A DNA stretch of 64,000 bases from Deltaproteobacteria bacterium (lineage in GTDB: Bacteria > Myxococcota_A > Polyangia > Fen-1088), in NCBI GenBank assembly GCA_033763315.1, contig JANRKS010000034.1, forward strand, positions 160,001 through 224,000. Direction: 5' to 3'. The position numbers and the translations under genes were made by a program. Position 1 is the stretch's first letter. Each line of letters opens with the position of its first letter. Under the pieces are notes generated by a model, which saw nothing but the letters and a program-made list of their open reading frames with translations, was not told the DNA's origin and ran no database searches. Below, in pieces: positions 1-8,475 of this stretch.

Positions 1-1574
1 TCTTCAACCTGCTTGAGCGTGGGCTCTACGCGGCTGCAGAATGGGCATTGATAGTCAGAGAAGATCACGATGGTGACCAACGCATCGGCAGGGCCTTTGG
101 TGGGCGCGTTGCCCACGGGCACCTGCAAACGTGCGCCAGCTGGCGGTGCGCCCGGTGCGGCCGCGGGGGCCTCAGCCGAAGCCTCGCTCTTGCCGTTCTT
201 GATGATTTCAGCGTACAGGTTCTTGCGCGACACACCCGAAGCGATCTTGGCGTCTGCCTTTTTGATCTCTTCGTCGATCACCGTCTTGAAGGCGTCGTAA
301 GGCTGCGCGCCGCGGAACACGCGACCGTTGATGAAGAACGAAGGCGTTCCCCGAGCGCCAAACTTGGCGGCCGCCGCCTTGTCGCGTTCGATCCGGTCTT
401 TGACCTCTTTGCTGTCGTAGTCCTTCTTGAACTTGACCATGTTGAGGCCCAGTTCCTTCGCATACTTGTCGAAATCATCAACCGACAACGCCTGCTGGTT
501 TGCAAACAGCTTGTCGTGCATCTCCCAAAACTTGCCTTGCAAGCGCGCGGCTTCCGCGGCCTGGGCAGCTGGGGTCGCGTTTTGGTGAAAGTCGAGCGGC
601 AGGTGTTTGAACGAGAACGCGACGTCGTTCTTGTAGTTGTCTTCGATCTGCTTAAGCGTGGCCAACACGCGGCTGCAGAAGGGGCATTGGAAATCGGAGA
701 AGGAGACGATGGTCACCTTCGGCTCTTTGGCGCCTTCAACCGGCGAGCCATCGATCTCAACCTTAAACACTTCGTCAGAAACAGGGGGCTTCACGGCGGG
801 CGCGGCAGGAGCGGCCGCGGGGGCCGCAGGTGCAGCGCTGACCGAAGCCATCAACTTGGCGTACACCTGCTTCTTCGGGGTACCTTTGGCCACCAACTTT
901 TCTGCGCGAGCCACCTCGTCATCAATGACGGTTTTGAAGCTCTCGAACGGCACGGCGCCTTCGATTTTGCGACCGTTCACGAAGAAGTTTGGCGTGCCCT
1001 GCACACCAATGGCGCGGCCGGCGGCCAGGTCATCTTCCACGGCCTTCTTGAACTTGCCGGAATCCAAGGCTTGCTTGAACTTGCCAACATCGAGGCCAAT
1101 GTCTTTGGCGTAGGTGTCGAGGTTGTCGCGCTTGATGGCTTGCTGGTTGCCGAACAACTTGTCGTGCATCTCCCAGAATTTGCCTTGCTCGTGGGCGGCC
1201 AACGAGGCCTCAGCTGCCAATTGCGCGTCGCCGTGGAAAGGCAGCGGGTTGTGCTTGAACACAACGCGGACCTTGCCCTTGTACTCCTTCATGATCTGCT
1301 CAATCGTGGGTCCCACGCGCGAGCAGAACGGGCATTGAAAGTCCGAAAACTCCACAATGGTGACGAGGGCGTCTTCCGCTCCCTTGGACGGACCGTCGGC
1401 TGGCACCTTGATGCGCTCGACGCTGCCAACGATCTCTTTGTCCTCTGCAGAAGCGACGACGGCTTCGTCGCCCCCTGCGCCCCCCAGCTTGCCGCCGGAT
1501 GATATGCGCCCCAAGGCAAAACCACCCACGAGGGCGATTGCCGTTAGGACGAACGCTGTCCCTGTCTTCACCAT
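1..1574 (-). CDS. Membrane-anchored protein with at least three tandem DsbA-like thioredoxin domains (runs off the window start)
   Basis: Manually translated from ATG 1574 (SD AGGAG upstream): MVKTGTAFVLTAIALVGGFALG...; three (F/Y)QCPFCSRV motifs, GTP cis-Pro loops, Ala/Pro linkers; open to position 1. Not in the ORF track. Confidence 0.9.
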   Translation of the reverse strand, partial: MVKTGTAFVLTAIALVGGFALGRISSGGKLGGAGGDEAVVASAEDKEIVGSVERIKVPADGPSKGAEDALVTIVEFSDFQCPFCSRVGPTIEQIMKEYKGKVRVVFKHNPLPFHGDAQLAAEASLAAHEQGKFWEMHDKLFGNQQAIKRDNLDTYAKDIGLDVGKFKQALDSGKFKKAVEDDLAAGRAIGVQGTPNFFVNGRKIEGAVPFESFKTVIDDEVARAEKLVAKGTPKKQVYAKLMASVSAAPAAPAAAPAAPAVKPPVSDEVFKVEIDGSPVEGAKEPKVTIVSFSDFQCPFCSRVLATLKQIEDNYKNDVAFSFKHLPLDFHQNATPAAQAAEAARLQGKFWEMHDKLFANQQALSVDDFDKYAKELGLNMVKFKKDYDSKEVKDRIERDKAAAAKFGARGTPSFFINGRVFRGAQPYDAFKTVIDEEIKKADAKIASGVSRKNLYAEIIKNGKSEASAEAPAAAPGAPPAGARLQVPVGNAPTKGPADALVTIVIFSDYQCPFCSRVEPTLKQVE

Positions 1575-1826
1575 TTTATCGGTCTCCTAACCACGAGAGT
1601 CTGTATGTGCGGCCTAGTTGAATGTCGGCGGTACGGTAACCGAACCCCGCCATACCATCAAGGCCGGCCTTGCCGCATGAATTGATAGGATGAAACTGGG
1701 CCTGTGGGGTTTCTATTTCCGCGTTGCACACCCTTTACAAAGCTGACACCAAGCCCGCCGGTCGTGGGCGGACCCATGTGCAGCCTCAGAGTTTGCGGTC
1801 TTTTTACGAGATGCCTGCAGGACTGC

Positions 1827-1855
1827 TTGACGGCCCGCCGCTACCGAGGTACGAA
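1827..1855 (+). promoter_or_regulatory. Putative sigma70 promoter of tRNA-Phe
   Basis: TTGACG-N17-TACGAA about 30 nt upstream of the tRNA. Confidence 0.45.
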
Positions 1856-1883
1856 CGTTGCCCCTACGGCACCCACGCCGTAA

Positions 1884-1956
1884 GCCCAGGTAGCTCAGTT
1901 GGTAGAGCAGGGGACTGAAAATCCCCGTGTGGGCGGTTCGATTCCGTCCCTGGGCA
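1884..1956 (+). tRNA. tRNA-Phe (GAA), CCA not encoded
   Basis: Cloverleaf GCCCAGG/CCTGGGC, GCTC/GAGC, GGGGA-CTGAAAA-TCCCC, GGCGG-TTCGATT-CCGTC; followed by A-CAC. Confidence 0.97.
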
Positions 1957-2003
1957 CACCTGTTCGTTTTGTGGCAGCCGCGAGTCTTTACTTGCAGCGG
2001 TTT

Positions 2004-3326
2004 TCACACGCCCGGCGTGATTTCTTCAGGCGGCGCCGGCAGTTTTTCGCCTTCGAGGCGCCGAATACGGCCGTCGCGGATGGCCAGAATCGTGAGGCGA
2101 AAGCCCTCGAGTTCAATGGCGTCGCCCGGCACCGGCCGGTCTGTGAGAATCGATTCAACGAACGCGCCGACGGTTTCAATGTCGGGCGTGGGTGGCGTGA
2201 GCGCCAGACCCAGGTCGCGCGCGGCCACATCTAATGTCACGCGGCCGTCCACCTCGAAGGTGCCGTCAGGGCGGATCACCATGGGGGGGATTTCTTCATA
2301 ATCCTGTTCGTCGCGGATCTCGCCCACAAACTCTTCAAGCAGATCCTCGAGCGTCACGATGCCGCTGAATGTGTGTTTGGGACCGAGCACCACGGCGATG
2401 TGCACGCGCCGGCGCTGAAACTCGCGGCGCAACCATTCAAGCTGCGTTTCCTCAGATACGAAGATCGGCTCCCGCGCGAGTTCGCGCATGTACTGTGGTC
2501 GCCGCCCGCTCGCGAGCGCGGCGAAAATATCTTTCAGGTGCACATAACCGACCACGCGATCGCCATCAGGCACCACCAGTGGATAGCGGGTGTATTGATG
2601 GGCCAAAGCCACCGCGAGGTTCTCGTCAAAACTGCGCCCGGCCTCCAGAACCACGGCGTCGCGACGCAAGGTCATCACGTGCCGGGCCACCCGGTGCGTG
2701 TAATCGAACACGCGATCGATCAAACGTCGCGCGCCCGGCTCCATGCTGGCGTGTTGCAAAACCATTCGCATTTCTTGGGGGCTGTGCAGGAACTCGGCTT
2801 CGGTGGTGGAGTGCAGACCCAGCAGCTTCAAAAACAAGTTTGCGGCTGTATTCAAGGCCCAAATTAACGGAAAGGCGGTCCAATAGAACGCCTGAAGAAA
2901 CGGCGCCGTCCACAGGGCGATAGGCTCGGTTCGCTGGATCGCCAGCGACTTCGGCGCCAGCTCGCCAATGACTGTGTGCAAAAAAGTGATGATTGTGAAA
3001 GCCACGCCCAGGGCAATGGCGTGGCTGGCACTCTCGGCCCATTCGCCGAGGCGGGACAGCCCGGGCACGATCAGGTGCGAAAGCGCCGGCTCGCCCAGCC
3101 AGCCGATGCCCAATGAGCACAGTGTGATGCCCAATTGATTGGCGGACAGGTAAGCGTCGAGCCGGCCCGTGATTCCCGCTAGCAATCGGGCGCGGCGGTG
3201 GCCCTGCTTCACCAGCTCCTGAATGCGGGTGGGGCGGATCTTTACGATCGCGAACTCCGAAGCGACGAAGAACGCGTTGGCAAGCAATAGCAGTACGGTC
3301 AGGGCCAGCGCGACGCTGGAAGTCAT
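2004..3326 (-). CDS. HlyC/CorC family (CNNM/DUF21 + CBS pair + CorC) Mg/Co transport protein
   Basis: ANAFFVASEFAIV, QLGIT, GELAPK, YTRYP, TLEDLLEEFVGEIRDE motifs. Confidence 0.92.
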   Translation of the reverse strand: MTSSVALALTVLLLLANAFFVASEFAIVKIRPTRIQELVKQGHRRARLLAGITGRLDAYLSANQLGITLCSLGIGWLGEPALSHLIVPGLSRLGEWAESASHAIALGVAFTIITFLHTVIGELAPKSLAIQRTEPIALWTAPFLQAFYWTAFPLIWALNTAANLFLKLLGLHSTTEAEFLHSPQEMRMVLQHASMEPGARRLIDRVFDYTHRVARHVMTLRRDAVVLEAGRSFDENLAVALAHQYTRYPLVVPDGDRVVGYVHLKDIFAALASGRRPQYMRELAREPIFVSEETQLEWLRREFQRRRVHIAVVLGPKHTFSGIVTLEDLLEEFVGEIRDEQDYEEIPPMVIRPDGTFEVDGRVTLDVAARDLGLALTPPTPDIETVGAFVESILTDRPVPGDAIELEGFRLTILAIRDGRIRRLEGEKLPAPPEEITPGV

Positions 3327-3388
3327 AATGGCGGCGCAGTTTAGCAGTCGCTTGCCAAACCTCGCGGCTTGGTTTTTTTACCTATTAA

Positions 3389-3401
3389 AATCAACGGCTT
3401 G
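3389..3401 (+). promoter_or_regulatory. IHF consensus site
   Basis: AATCAACGGCTTG matches WATCAANNNNTTR, with a T-tract upstream, in a divergent intergenic region. Confidence 0.5.
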
Positions 3402-3474
3402 CACGCTATTTCTGGGCCCAGCGACCCGCCCACGATGCCGGCCCTAGAGGTTCCACAATGAACTGAAAAATTGC

Positions 3475-3496
3475 GCCAATGAACCGGTTCATTGGC
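3475..3496. promoter_or_regulatory. Perfect 22-bp palindrome (candidate operator)
   Basis: GCCAATGAACC|GGTTCATTGGC; overlaps a sigma54-like TGGCAATGCGATTGC (3493-3507). Confidence 0.6.
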
Positions 3497-3582
3497 AATG
3501 CGATTGCCGTGCGGGCCGTCTGCGGAGGGGGCAAGGAAGGTAGCGTGGCGCGCCTGTCGTTGAGGCTATACTGCCGCCCTCT

Positions 3583-5877
3583 ATGCGCCTCTTCATCACC
3601 CTCGTTGTTTGGCTTGGTGTTTCTGCGTCCGTCTGGGCCCAGGATTGTCCTTCAGGAAACCTATTGGCCGGCAAGCGGCCCGTGCAGTGGCAAGACACAC
3701 AGAACGATCTCGCCTTGATCACCAATGGCGAGGTCACCCAGGAGGGCGCGATTTGGAACGCCCAACAGGCCGTGCTGCTGGATTCAGCCGTGGCATCGGT
3801 GACGTACGACTTGGGCGGCGAAATGCCTTTGGCGGCCGTGCACATTCAGGCCGACGCCAATGACGTCTATCCCATTTCTGGATCCTTGGATGGACGTGAG
3901 TGGAAGGTGCTGGGACAGCTCGAGATCGCCGATGGGGTGCATGGGTTGCGCAGCCGTTCATTAAACCTGGGTGGCGTTCGCACGCGCTTCATCCGCATTG
4001 CCGAACCCACCGGTGATGGCTCGTTCTCCATCAGCGAGCTGCAGGCCTTCTGCAAATTGCCCGAGGTGTTTCCACCCGCGCTCAAAGAGGTGAAAGCCAA
4101 TTCTCAGAAGACGAATGAGCCGGCTTGGAACGACACCACGAGCCGGCAGTGGGAGATGGTGCTCGCGTGCTTGGTGCTTTCGCTTTTGTGGTGGGGGCGC
4201 ATTTTGCGGCAAGAGGGTCGCCCCAATCACATGAAGAAACTGCGCGATCGGCTTTTGATCGCCACCCTGCTTGTCTCGTCGGCGACCTATGTGAACTTCT
4301 TCTCGTTTCACTTCGGCAATTTCATCCACGGGTGGGATACGTTCCACTATTACGTCGGCTCGAAGTACTTCAAGGAGCTTGGCTATAGCCGACTCTACGA
4401 ATGCATCGCTGTGGCCGACGCCGAAGATCCCAAATGGCGGCGACGGGTCGAGTTGCGCAAGATCACCAACTTACGCACGAACGCGCTTGAAACCACGAAA
4501 GAGATCCTCGCACACCCCGAACAGTGCAAAGATCACTTCACGGCGCCACGTTGGCAGTCCTTCAAGGTGGACATCGCCTATTTCCGCGGACGCGAATCAC
4601 CTAAGCGGTGGGACGACACCAGCACTGATCATGGCTACAACGCCACGCCCGTGTGGAACTTGGCGGGCTCGCTGTTGGCGAACACGGCCCCGGCCAGCCA
4701 CACCCAGATCTTTTTGTTGAACCTCATCGATCCGCTCTACTACCTGGGCATGATCCTGCTCAGCCTCTGGGCGTTCGGTTGGCGGGTCACGGCGGTGGCG
4801 ATGGCCGTGTTCGCCACCAACTTCCCCAGCCGTTTTTATTGGACGGGCGGCGCGTTCCTCCGATGGGATTGGCTGTTCTTCACCGCCGCCACCGTGTGCT
4901 TCTTGAAAAAGAAGATGCCCTTTGCCGCGGGCCTATCATTGGGCTATGCGGCGCTTTTGCGGGTGTTCCCCGGCTTCTTGGTGGTGGGGCCGGTTTTGGG
5001 ATTTGGCATGCACGTCTACAAAAACAGGAAGCTGCTGCCGCTCGATGATTTGTCGAAGTTCTATATGCGGTTCTTCCTGGGTGGCATCTTGGCTGTGGCC
5101 GTTTTGGTGCCGGCCAGCTTCGCTACAAGCAATGGCGTCGCCAGCTACAAGGAGTTCGTCCAGAACTCGGTGAAGCACAAGGAGACGCCGCTCACCAACT
5201 ACATGGGGCTGCGAACGGTGGTGGCGTACCGGCCAAACGAGGTGGGGCGCCTCATGCGCGACAACACGAAAACCGATCCCTGGGCGGGTTGGAAGAAGGC
5301 GCGCATCGACGGCTATCACAACGCCATGCCGGTGTACGTGGCCATCGCCTTGGGGTTCTTGGTGCTTATTGCCCTTGCCACGCGCAAAGCGGAACCGTGG
5401 ATGGCCGCGGCCTTCGGCATCACCTTCATCCCCATTGCGGCGGAATTAACCTGTTACTACTACGCCTTTATCATCGGCATCGCCTACCTGCATGAGAAGA
5501 GCGAGGATGTGGGCATCGTCCTGTTGGCCCTGACGGCCGCCTCCGAGTTCATCTCATTGAGCCCCATCAAATACATGCCGACCTGGATTGATGAGCAATA
5601 CACGTGGATCTCGCTAGCCACGCTTATTGCCTTCGGCCTCGTGCTTTGGTGGTTCCGCGACGGTGTTCCCAAGCCGCCCGCATTGCTGCCAGCCACCGCG
5701 CGCGGACCCGTTGGCACCGCCCAGGGCGCACCGGGGGGCCCCCAGGGCCCGTCAACGAAGGCAGGGGAGGGTGTGGCCGAGGATCACGCCTCTGCACCGC
5801 CCCGGAGGCCCGTGGGAGCACCCCGCCGGGGGAGCGCCGGAAGGGCACGCCGACCTAAACCGCGCAACCGCGGTTAG
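3583..5877 (+). CDS. Polytopic membrane protein: exported discoidin/F5-8-like domain plus GT-C (GT87-like) membrane domain
   Basis: Signal peptide; 'TYDLG...IQADANDVY..SGSLDG.EW...TRFIRI...FSISEL' discoidin-like pattern; about 11 hydrophobic helices; WDTFHYY acidic loop after the first TM pair. Confidence 0.6.
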   Translation: MRLFITLVVWLGVSASVWAQDCPSGNLLAGKRPVQWQDTQNDLALITNGEVTQEGAIWNAQQAVLLDSAVASVTYDLGGEMPLAAVHIQADANDVYPISGSLDGREWKVLGQLEIADGVHGLRSRSLNLGGVRTRFIRIAEPTGDGSFSISELQAFCKLPEVFPPALKEVKANSQKTNEPAWNDTTSRQWEMVLACLVLSLLWWGRILRQEGRPNHMKKLRDRLLIATLLVSSATYVNFFSFHFGNFIHGWDTFHYYVGSKYFKELGYSRLYECIAVADAEDPKWRRRVELRKITNLRTNALETTKEILAHPEQCKDHFTAPRWQSFKVDIAYFRGRESPKRWDDTSTDHGYNATPVWNLAGSLLANTAPASHTQIFLLNLIDPLYYLGMILLSLWAFGWRVTAVAMAVFATNFPSRFYWTGGAFLRWDWLFFTAATVCFLKKKMPFAAGLSLGYAALLRVFPGFLVVGPVLGFGMHVYKNRKLLPLDDLSKFYMRFFLGGILAVAVLVPASFATSNGVASYKEFVQNSVKHKETPLTNYMGLRTVVAYRPNEVGRLMRDNTKTDPWAGWKKARIDGYHNAMPVYVAIALGFLVLIALATRKAEPWMAAAFGITFIPIAAELTCYYYAFIIGIAYLHEKSEDVGIVLLALTAASEFISLSPIKYMPTWIDEQYTWISLATLIAFGLVLWWFRDGVPKPPALLPATARGPVGTAQGAPGGPQGPSTKAGEGVAEDHASAPPRRPVGAPRRGSAGRARRPKPRNRG

Positions 5878-5932
5878 GCCGAAGGAGCTGCGGCGACGGT
5901 GCGTTGAGGAACGCAGCGCCCGCAAAATCAAA

Positions 5933-5962
5933 AGGCCAGCGTCGCAGCTGGCCTCTTTCTTT
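5933..5962 (+). terminator. Intrinsic terminator (possibly bidirectional)
   Basis: AGGCCAGC-6nt-GCTGGCCT followed by CTTTCTTT; A-run on the other side. Confidence 0.6.
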
Positions 5963-6190
5963 GCACCGGACAATGGCGGCGGCTCATTGCGGGCGATTGG
6001 GCATCAATGAAATCGGGCCGCTTTTGACGTTTTCCGCGGCGGCCAATCAACGGCGGCCTTCGAACGCACCACGAGCCCGGCCCCGAAACAGGAAACGTGT
6101 CCTGACTCGATGACCGGGCTCGTGACGCTGGCTACCGAGTTATCTCGGCGCCCGCGTTCTTTCCGGAAGAACCCGGAAAGACAAGTTGGC

Positions 6191-6322
6191 TCACTTAGCC
6201 TTCTTGGCCTTCTTAGCCTTCTTGGCTTTCTTAGCCTTCTTGGCCTTTTTTGCCTTCTTAGGGGCTTTAGCGGCCTTTTTGGCTGCCTTCTTTGCGGGCG
6301 ATTTTGCGCTCTTTCGTGCCAC
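6191..6322 (-). CDS. 43-aa Lys/Ala-rich histone H1-tail/protamine-like microprotein
   Basis: GTG start with GAAAGAAGG SD; MARKSAKSPAKKAAKKAAKAP(KKA)7K*; 9-bp repeat varies only synonymously (GCA/GCC/GCT, AAA/AAG). Confidence 0.85.
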   Translation of the reverse strand: MARKSAKSPAKKAAKKAAKAPKKAKKAKKAKKAKKAKKAKKAK

Positions 6323-6590
6323 AGTGGACCTTCTTTCGTTTTGTACCAATGACTCGTAAAAAAAGACGAGAAAAGTGCTTCTAATGAACCGACAGGGAGA
6401 CGCCCGATCCGTGAGGTTCTGACCTTTCGGCGAACCTTTCGTTCCGATCCAGGGCGCGGATCACTCTGGCGAGGGATCCGGCAACGAGCCGCTTTGCGAT
6501 CAAGTCGTTCTGCTTTTGTCGGGGCTTGGGAACTTCAGACGTCAACGATTCACACCTGTGTTGGCAACATCTGAAGAACTGTAACTCTGC
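6323..6590 (-). ncRNA. Putative long structured 5' leader / ncRNA
   Basis: Nested helices 6533-6576, 6389-94/6517-22, 6401-05/6452-56, 6458-79 and a GAAA-capped hairpin 6415-6436, lying between a promoter and the microprotein SD. Confidence 0.45.
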
Positions 6591-6596
6591 TTTTGA

Positions 6597-6624
6597 ATCG
6601 TAGTCCTTTGAACGCTCGTGTCAA
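6597..6624 (-). promoter_or_regulatory. Strong sigma70 promoter with AT-rich UP element
   Basis: TTGACA-N16-TACGAT, preceded by AAATTTAAAATTG. Confidence 0.75.
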
Positions 6625-6867
6625 CAATTTTAAATTTGATTTCTGCCAAAAAAGTGCATTTTTCTGCATTTTCGGATCGAAATTCGACAATGAACCCCTG
6701 CGAAGTGCATTTGAAGGCCATTTCATCAGCGTGGATCGGGTGTGTGAATCCGCGTGTGCATGCACTTTCTGATCTCGTGCGAATGAATGAAGCACGCGCG
6801 TCGCTCACCAGTTCATCCAGTCGCATTCACACCCGCGAAGTCAGTGTGTTTGCTGCATGCGTGGCGG

Positions 6868-7719
6868 TCACCGCTTCACGTTCGGCTTCGCCACGTATAC
6901 GTGTTCGAAGGTTTGTGAAGACAAACTTTCCGCGGTTTCCGTCGCGCCTGGATCGAAGTCGCTGTAGCGGGCAATGACCTTGAAGCCGGCTTGGTCGAGC
7001 AAGCTTTCTAGGTCGCCAGGCCAAAATTGTCGGTGGCAAAGCTTCACGACCTCCGGGGGGCCCGAATCTTGTTCGCGTTCATCCACCGGTTGGTAGACGA
7101 GTTGCACATGCAAGGCCTTGCGAGCTTCGTCAAAAAGGTGTGACTCGCCATAGCGGTAACGCCGCTGGGTCACAGGGTGCCGCACCAGCCGCTTGTTGAA
7201 TCGCACTTCGCCGCTCGTGCCCAACCAGGCGGGATGGGGCGGCAAGATATCGAAAGCGAACCAGCCGTCGGGTCGCAAGCTCTGGCGCACGTGTGTGAAA
7301 CACGCCAAGAGGTCGGCGTCGTTCACCAAGTGTTGCAAAGAGTGAAAGCCCGCCAGCACAAAGGCGACAGGCGTTGCTACCGCGAAAGCGCGCATATCAG
7401 CCCTGAAAAACAAGGCGTTTTCACGTCTCACGCGCGGCAACTGACGTACGCGTTTCTGCGCTTTGGCGAGCATCGCCGCGGAGCGATCGAGCCCCACCAC
7501 AGCGTGCCCCGCCCGCAGCAGCGGCACCGTCAGTCGGCCAGAGCCACATGCCAATTCCAAGACGGGCGACGGCGCGCCAAAGCCCAGTCGCTCGTCTGCC
7601 AGCATCCGATAAAAGGCAGCGTCCGTGCGTCGATGCCTATAGGTGCGATCATAAAGCGCTGGATCCTGGTAGTGCTCCACCGCGCCCGCGTCTTCGGCAT
7701 CAGCGCCAAAACGTTTCAT
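6868..7719 (-). CDS. Class I SAM-dependent methyltransferase
   Basis: VLELACGSGRL motif I, GLDRSAAML, ADMRAF; ATG 7719 preferred (TAGGGT-N7-ATG). Confidence 0.88.
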   Translation of the reverse strand: MKRFGADAEDAGAVEHYQDPALYDRTYRHRRTDAAFYRMLADERLGFGAPSPVLELACGSGRLTVPLLRAGHAVVGLDRSAAMLAKAQKRVRQLPRVRRENALFFRADMRAFAVATPVAFVLAGFHSLQHLVNDADLLACFTHVRQSLRPDGWFAFDILPPHPAWLGTSGEVRFNKRLVRHPVTQRRYRYGESHLFDEARKALHVQLVYQPVDEREQDSGPPEVVKLCHRQFWPGDLESLLDQAGFKVIARYSDFDPGATETAESLSSQTFEHVYVAKPNVKR

Positions 7720-7791
7720 CGCGATTACCCTAGAACACGAACACGGCCCGGCAGCAAGAGTTCCCTGCATCAGGTACGCTAAAGTTCCATC

Positions 7792-8475
7792 ATGGGATCG
7801 GCGATAGTCTTATTGTCAGGTGGACTCGACTCAACGACCACGCTTGCCCAAGCGCGTTCGGAGGGAAAGGTTTGCCATGCGTTGGCGTTCCGTTATGGCC
7901 AACGCCACGCCTTCGAGCTGCAAGCCGCACGCAAGGTCGCTGCCGCGTTGAACGCCGCCAGCTTTCGCATCATCGACATCAACCTATCTGATGTGGGCGG
8001 CTCAGCTTTGACTGACGCTATTGATGTGCCTAAGGACCGCTCCGAATCCGAGATGTCGCACGACATTCCGGTCACGTACGTTCCCGCCCGCAATACGATC
8101 TTCGTGGCGTATGCCATTGCCGTAGCCGAGGTTTTGGGGGCTTCCGAGATCATTATTGGGGTGAACGCACTCGATTACTCGGGGTATCCAGACTGCCGTC
8201 CCGAGTGGGTAAGTGCGATGGCCGAAGTCGCGCGGTTGGGCACCAAAGCCGGCGTGCAAGGCAATCCGGTGAAGATAACGGCGCCTCTGATCCAGCTGAA
8301 AAAGGCCGAAATTATCGCGATTGGAGCTTCTTTGGGCGTGGATTACAGCCTCACGCACTCGTGTTATGACCCGAGCGCCGATGGCAACGCCTGCGGCCGC
8401 TGCGACTCCTGTCAGCTTCGCCGCAAAGGTTTTGCTGAAGCTGGGATCCCCGATCCCACGCGCTACTCCCCTTGA
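7792..8475 (+). CDS. queC: 7-cyano-7-deazaguanine synthase
   Basis: SGGLDS, YGQRH, TYVPARN, YPDCRPE, SCY...CGRCDSC. Confidence 0.97.
   Translation: MGSAIVLLSGGLDSTTTLAQARSEGKVCHALAFRYGQRHAFELQAARKVAAALNAASFRIIDINLSDVGGSALTDAIDVPKDRSESEMSHDIPVTYVPARNTIFVAYAIAVAEVLGASEIIIGVNALDYSGYPDCRPEWVSAMAEVARLGTKAGVQGNPVKITAPLIQLKKAEIIAIGASLGVDYSLTHSCYDPSADGNACGRCDSCQLRRKGFAEAGIPDPTRYSP

Noticed and set aside
48-1502. 484-aa plus-strand ORF
   Set aside because: Antisense shadow of the triple-DsbA gene
1884-2003. tRNA-Phe as an island integration site
   Set aside because: No integrase and no duplicated tRNA 3' end seen
6194-6260. 9-bp tandem repeat as CRISPR or non-coding VNTR
   Set aside because: No spacers; variation is synonymous in a coding frame
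6110-6352. 80-aa Leu-rich plus-strand ORF
   Set aside because: Antisense of the KKA peptide; SD, promoter and synonymous pattern favour the minus strand
6323-6590. c-di-GMP-I or glycine riboswitch assignment
   Set aside because: Only short fragments (CGCAAAGC, GCCGAAAGG) resemble these; conserved cores are not in the right arrangement
7720-7791. preQ1 riboswitch or 7-deazaguanine DNA-modification system at queC
   Set aside because: No room or motif for a riboswitch; no dpdA/tgt-like or defence genes adjacent
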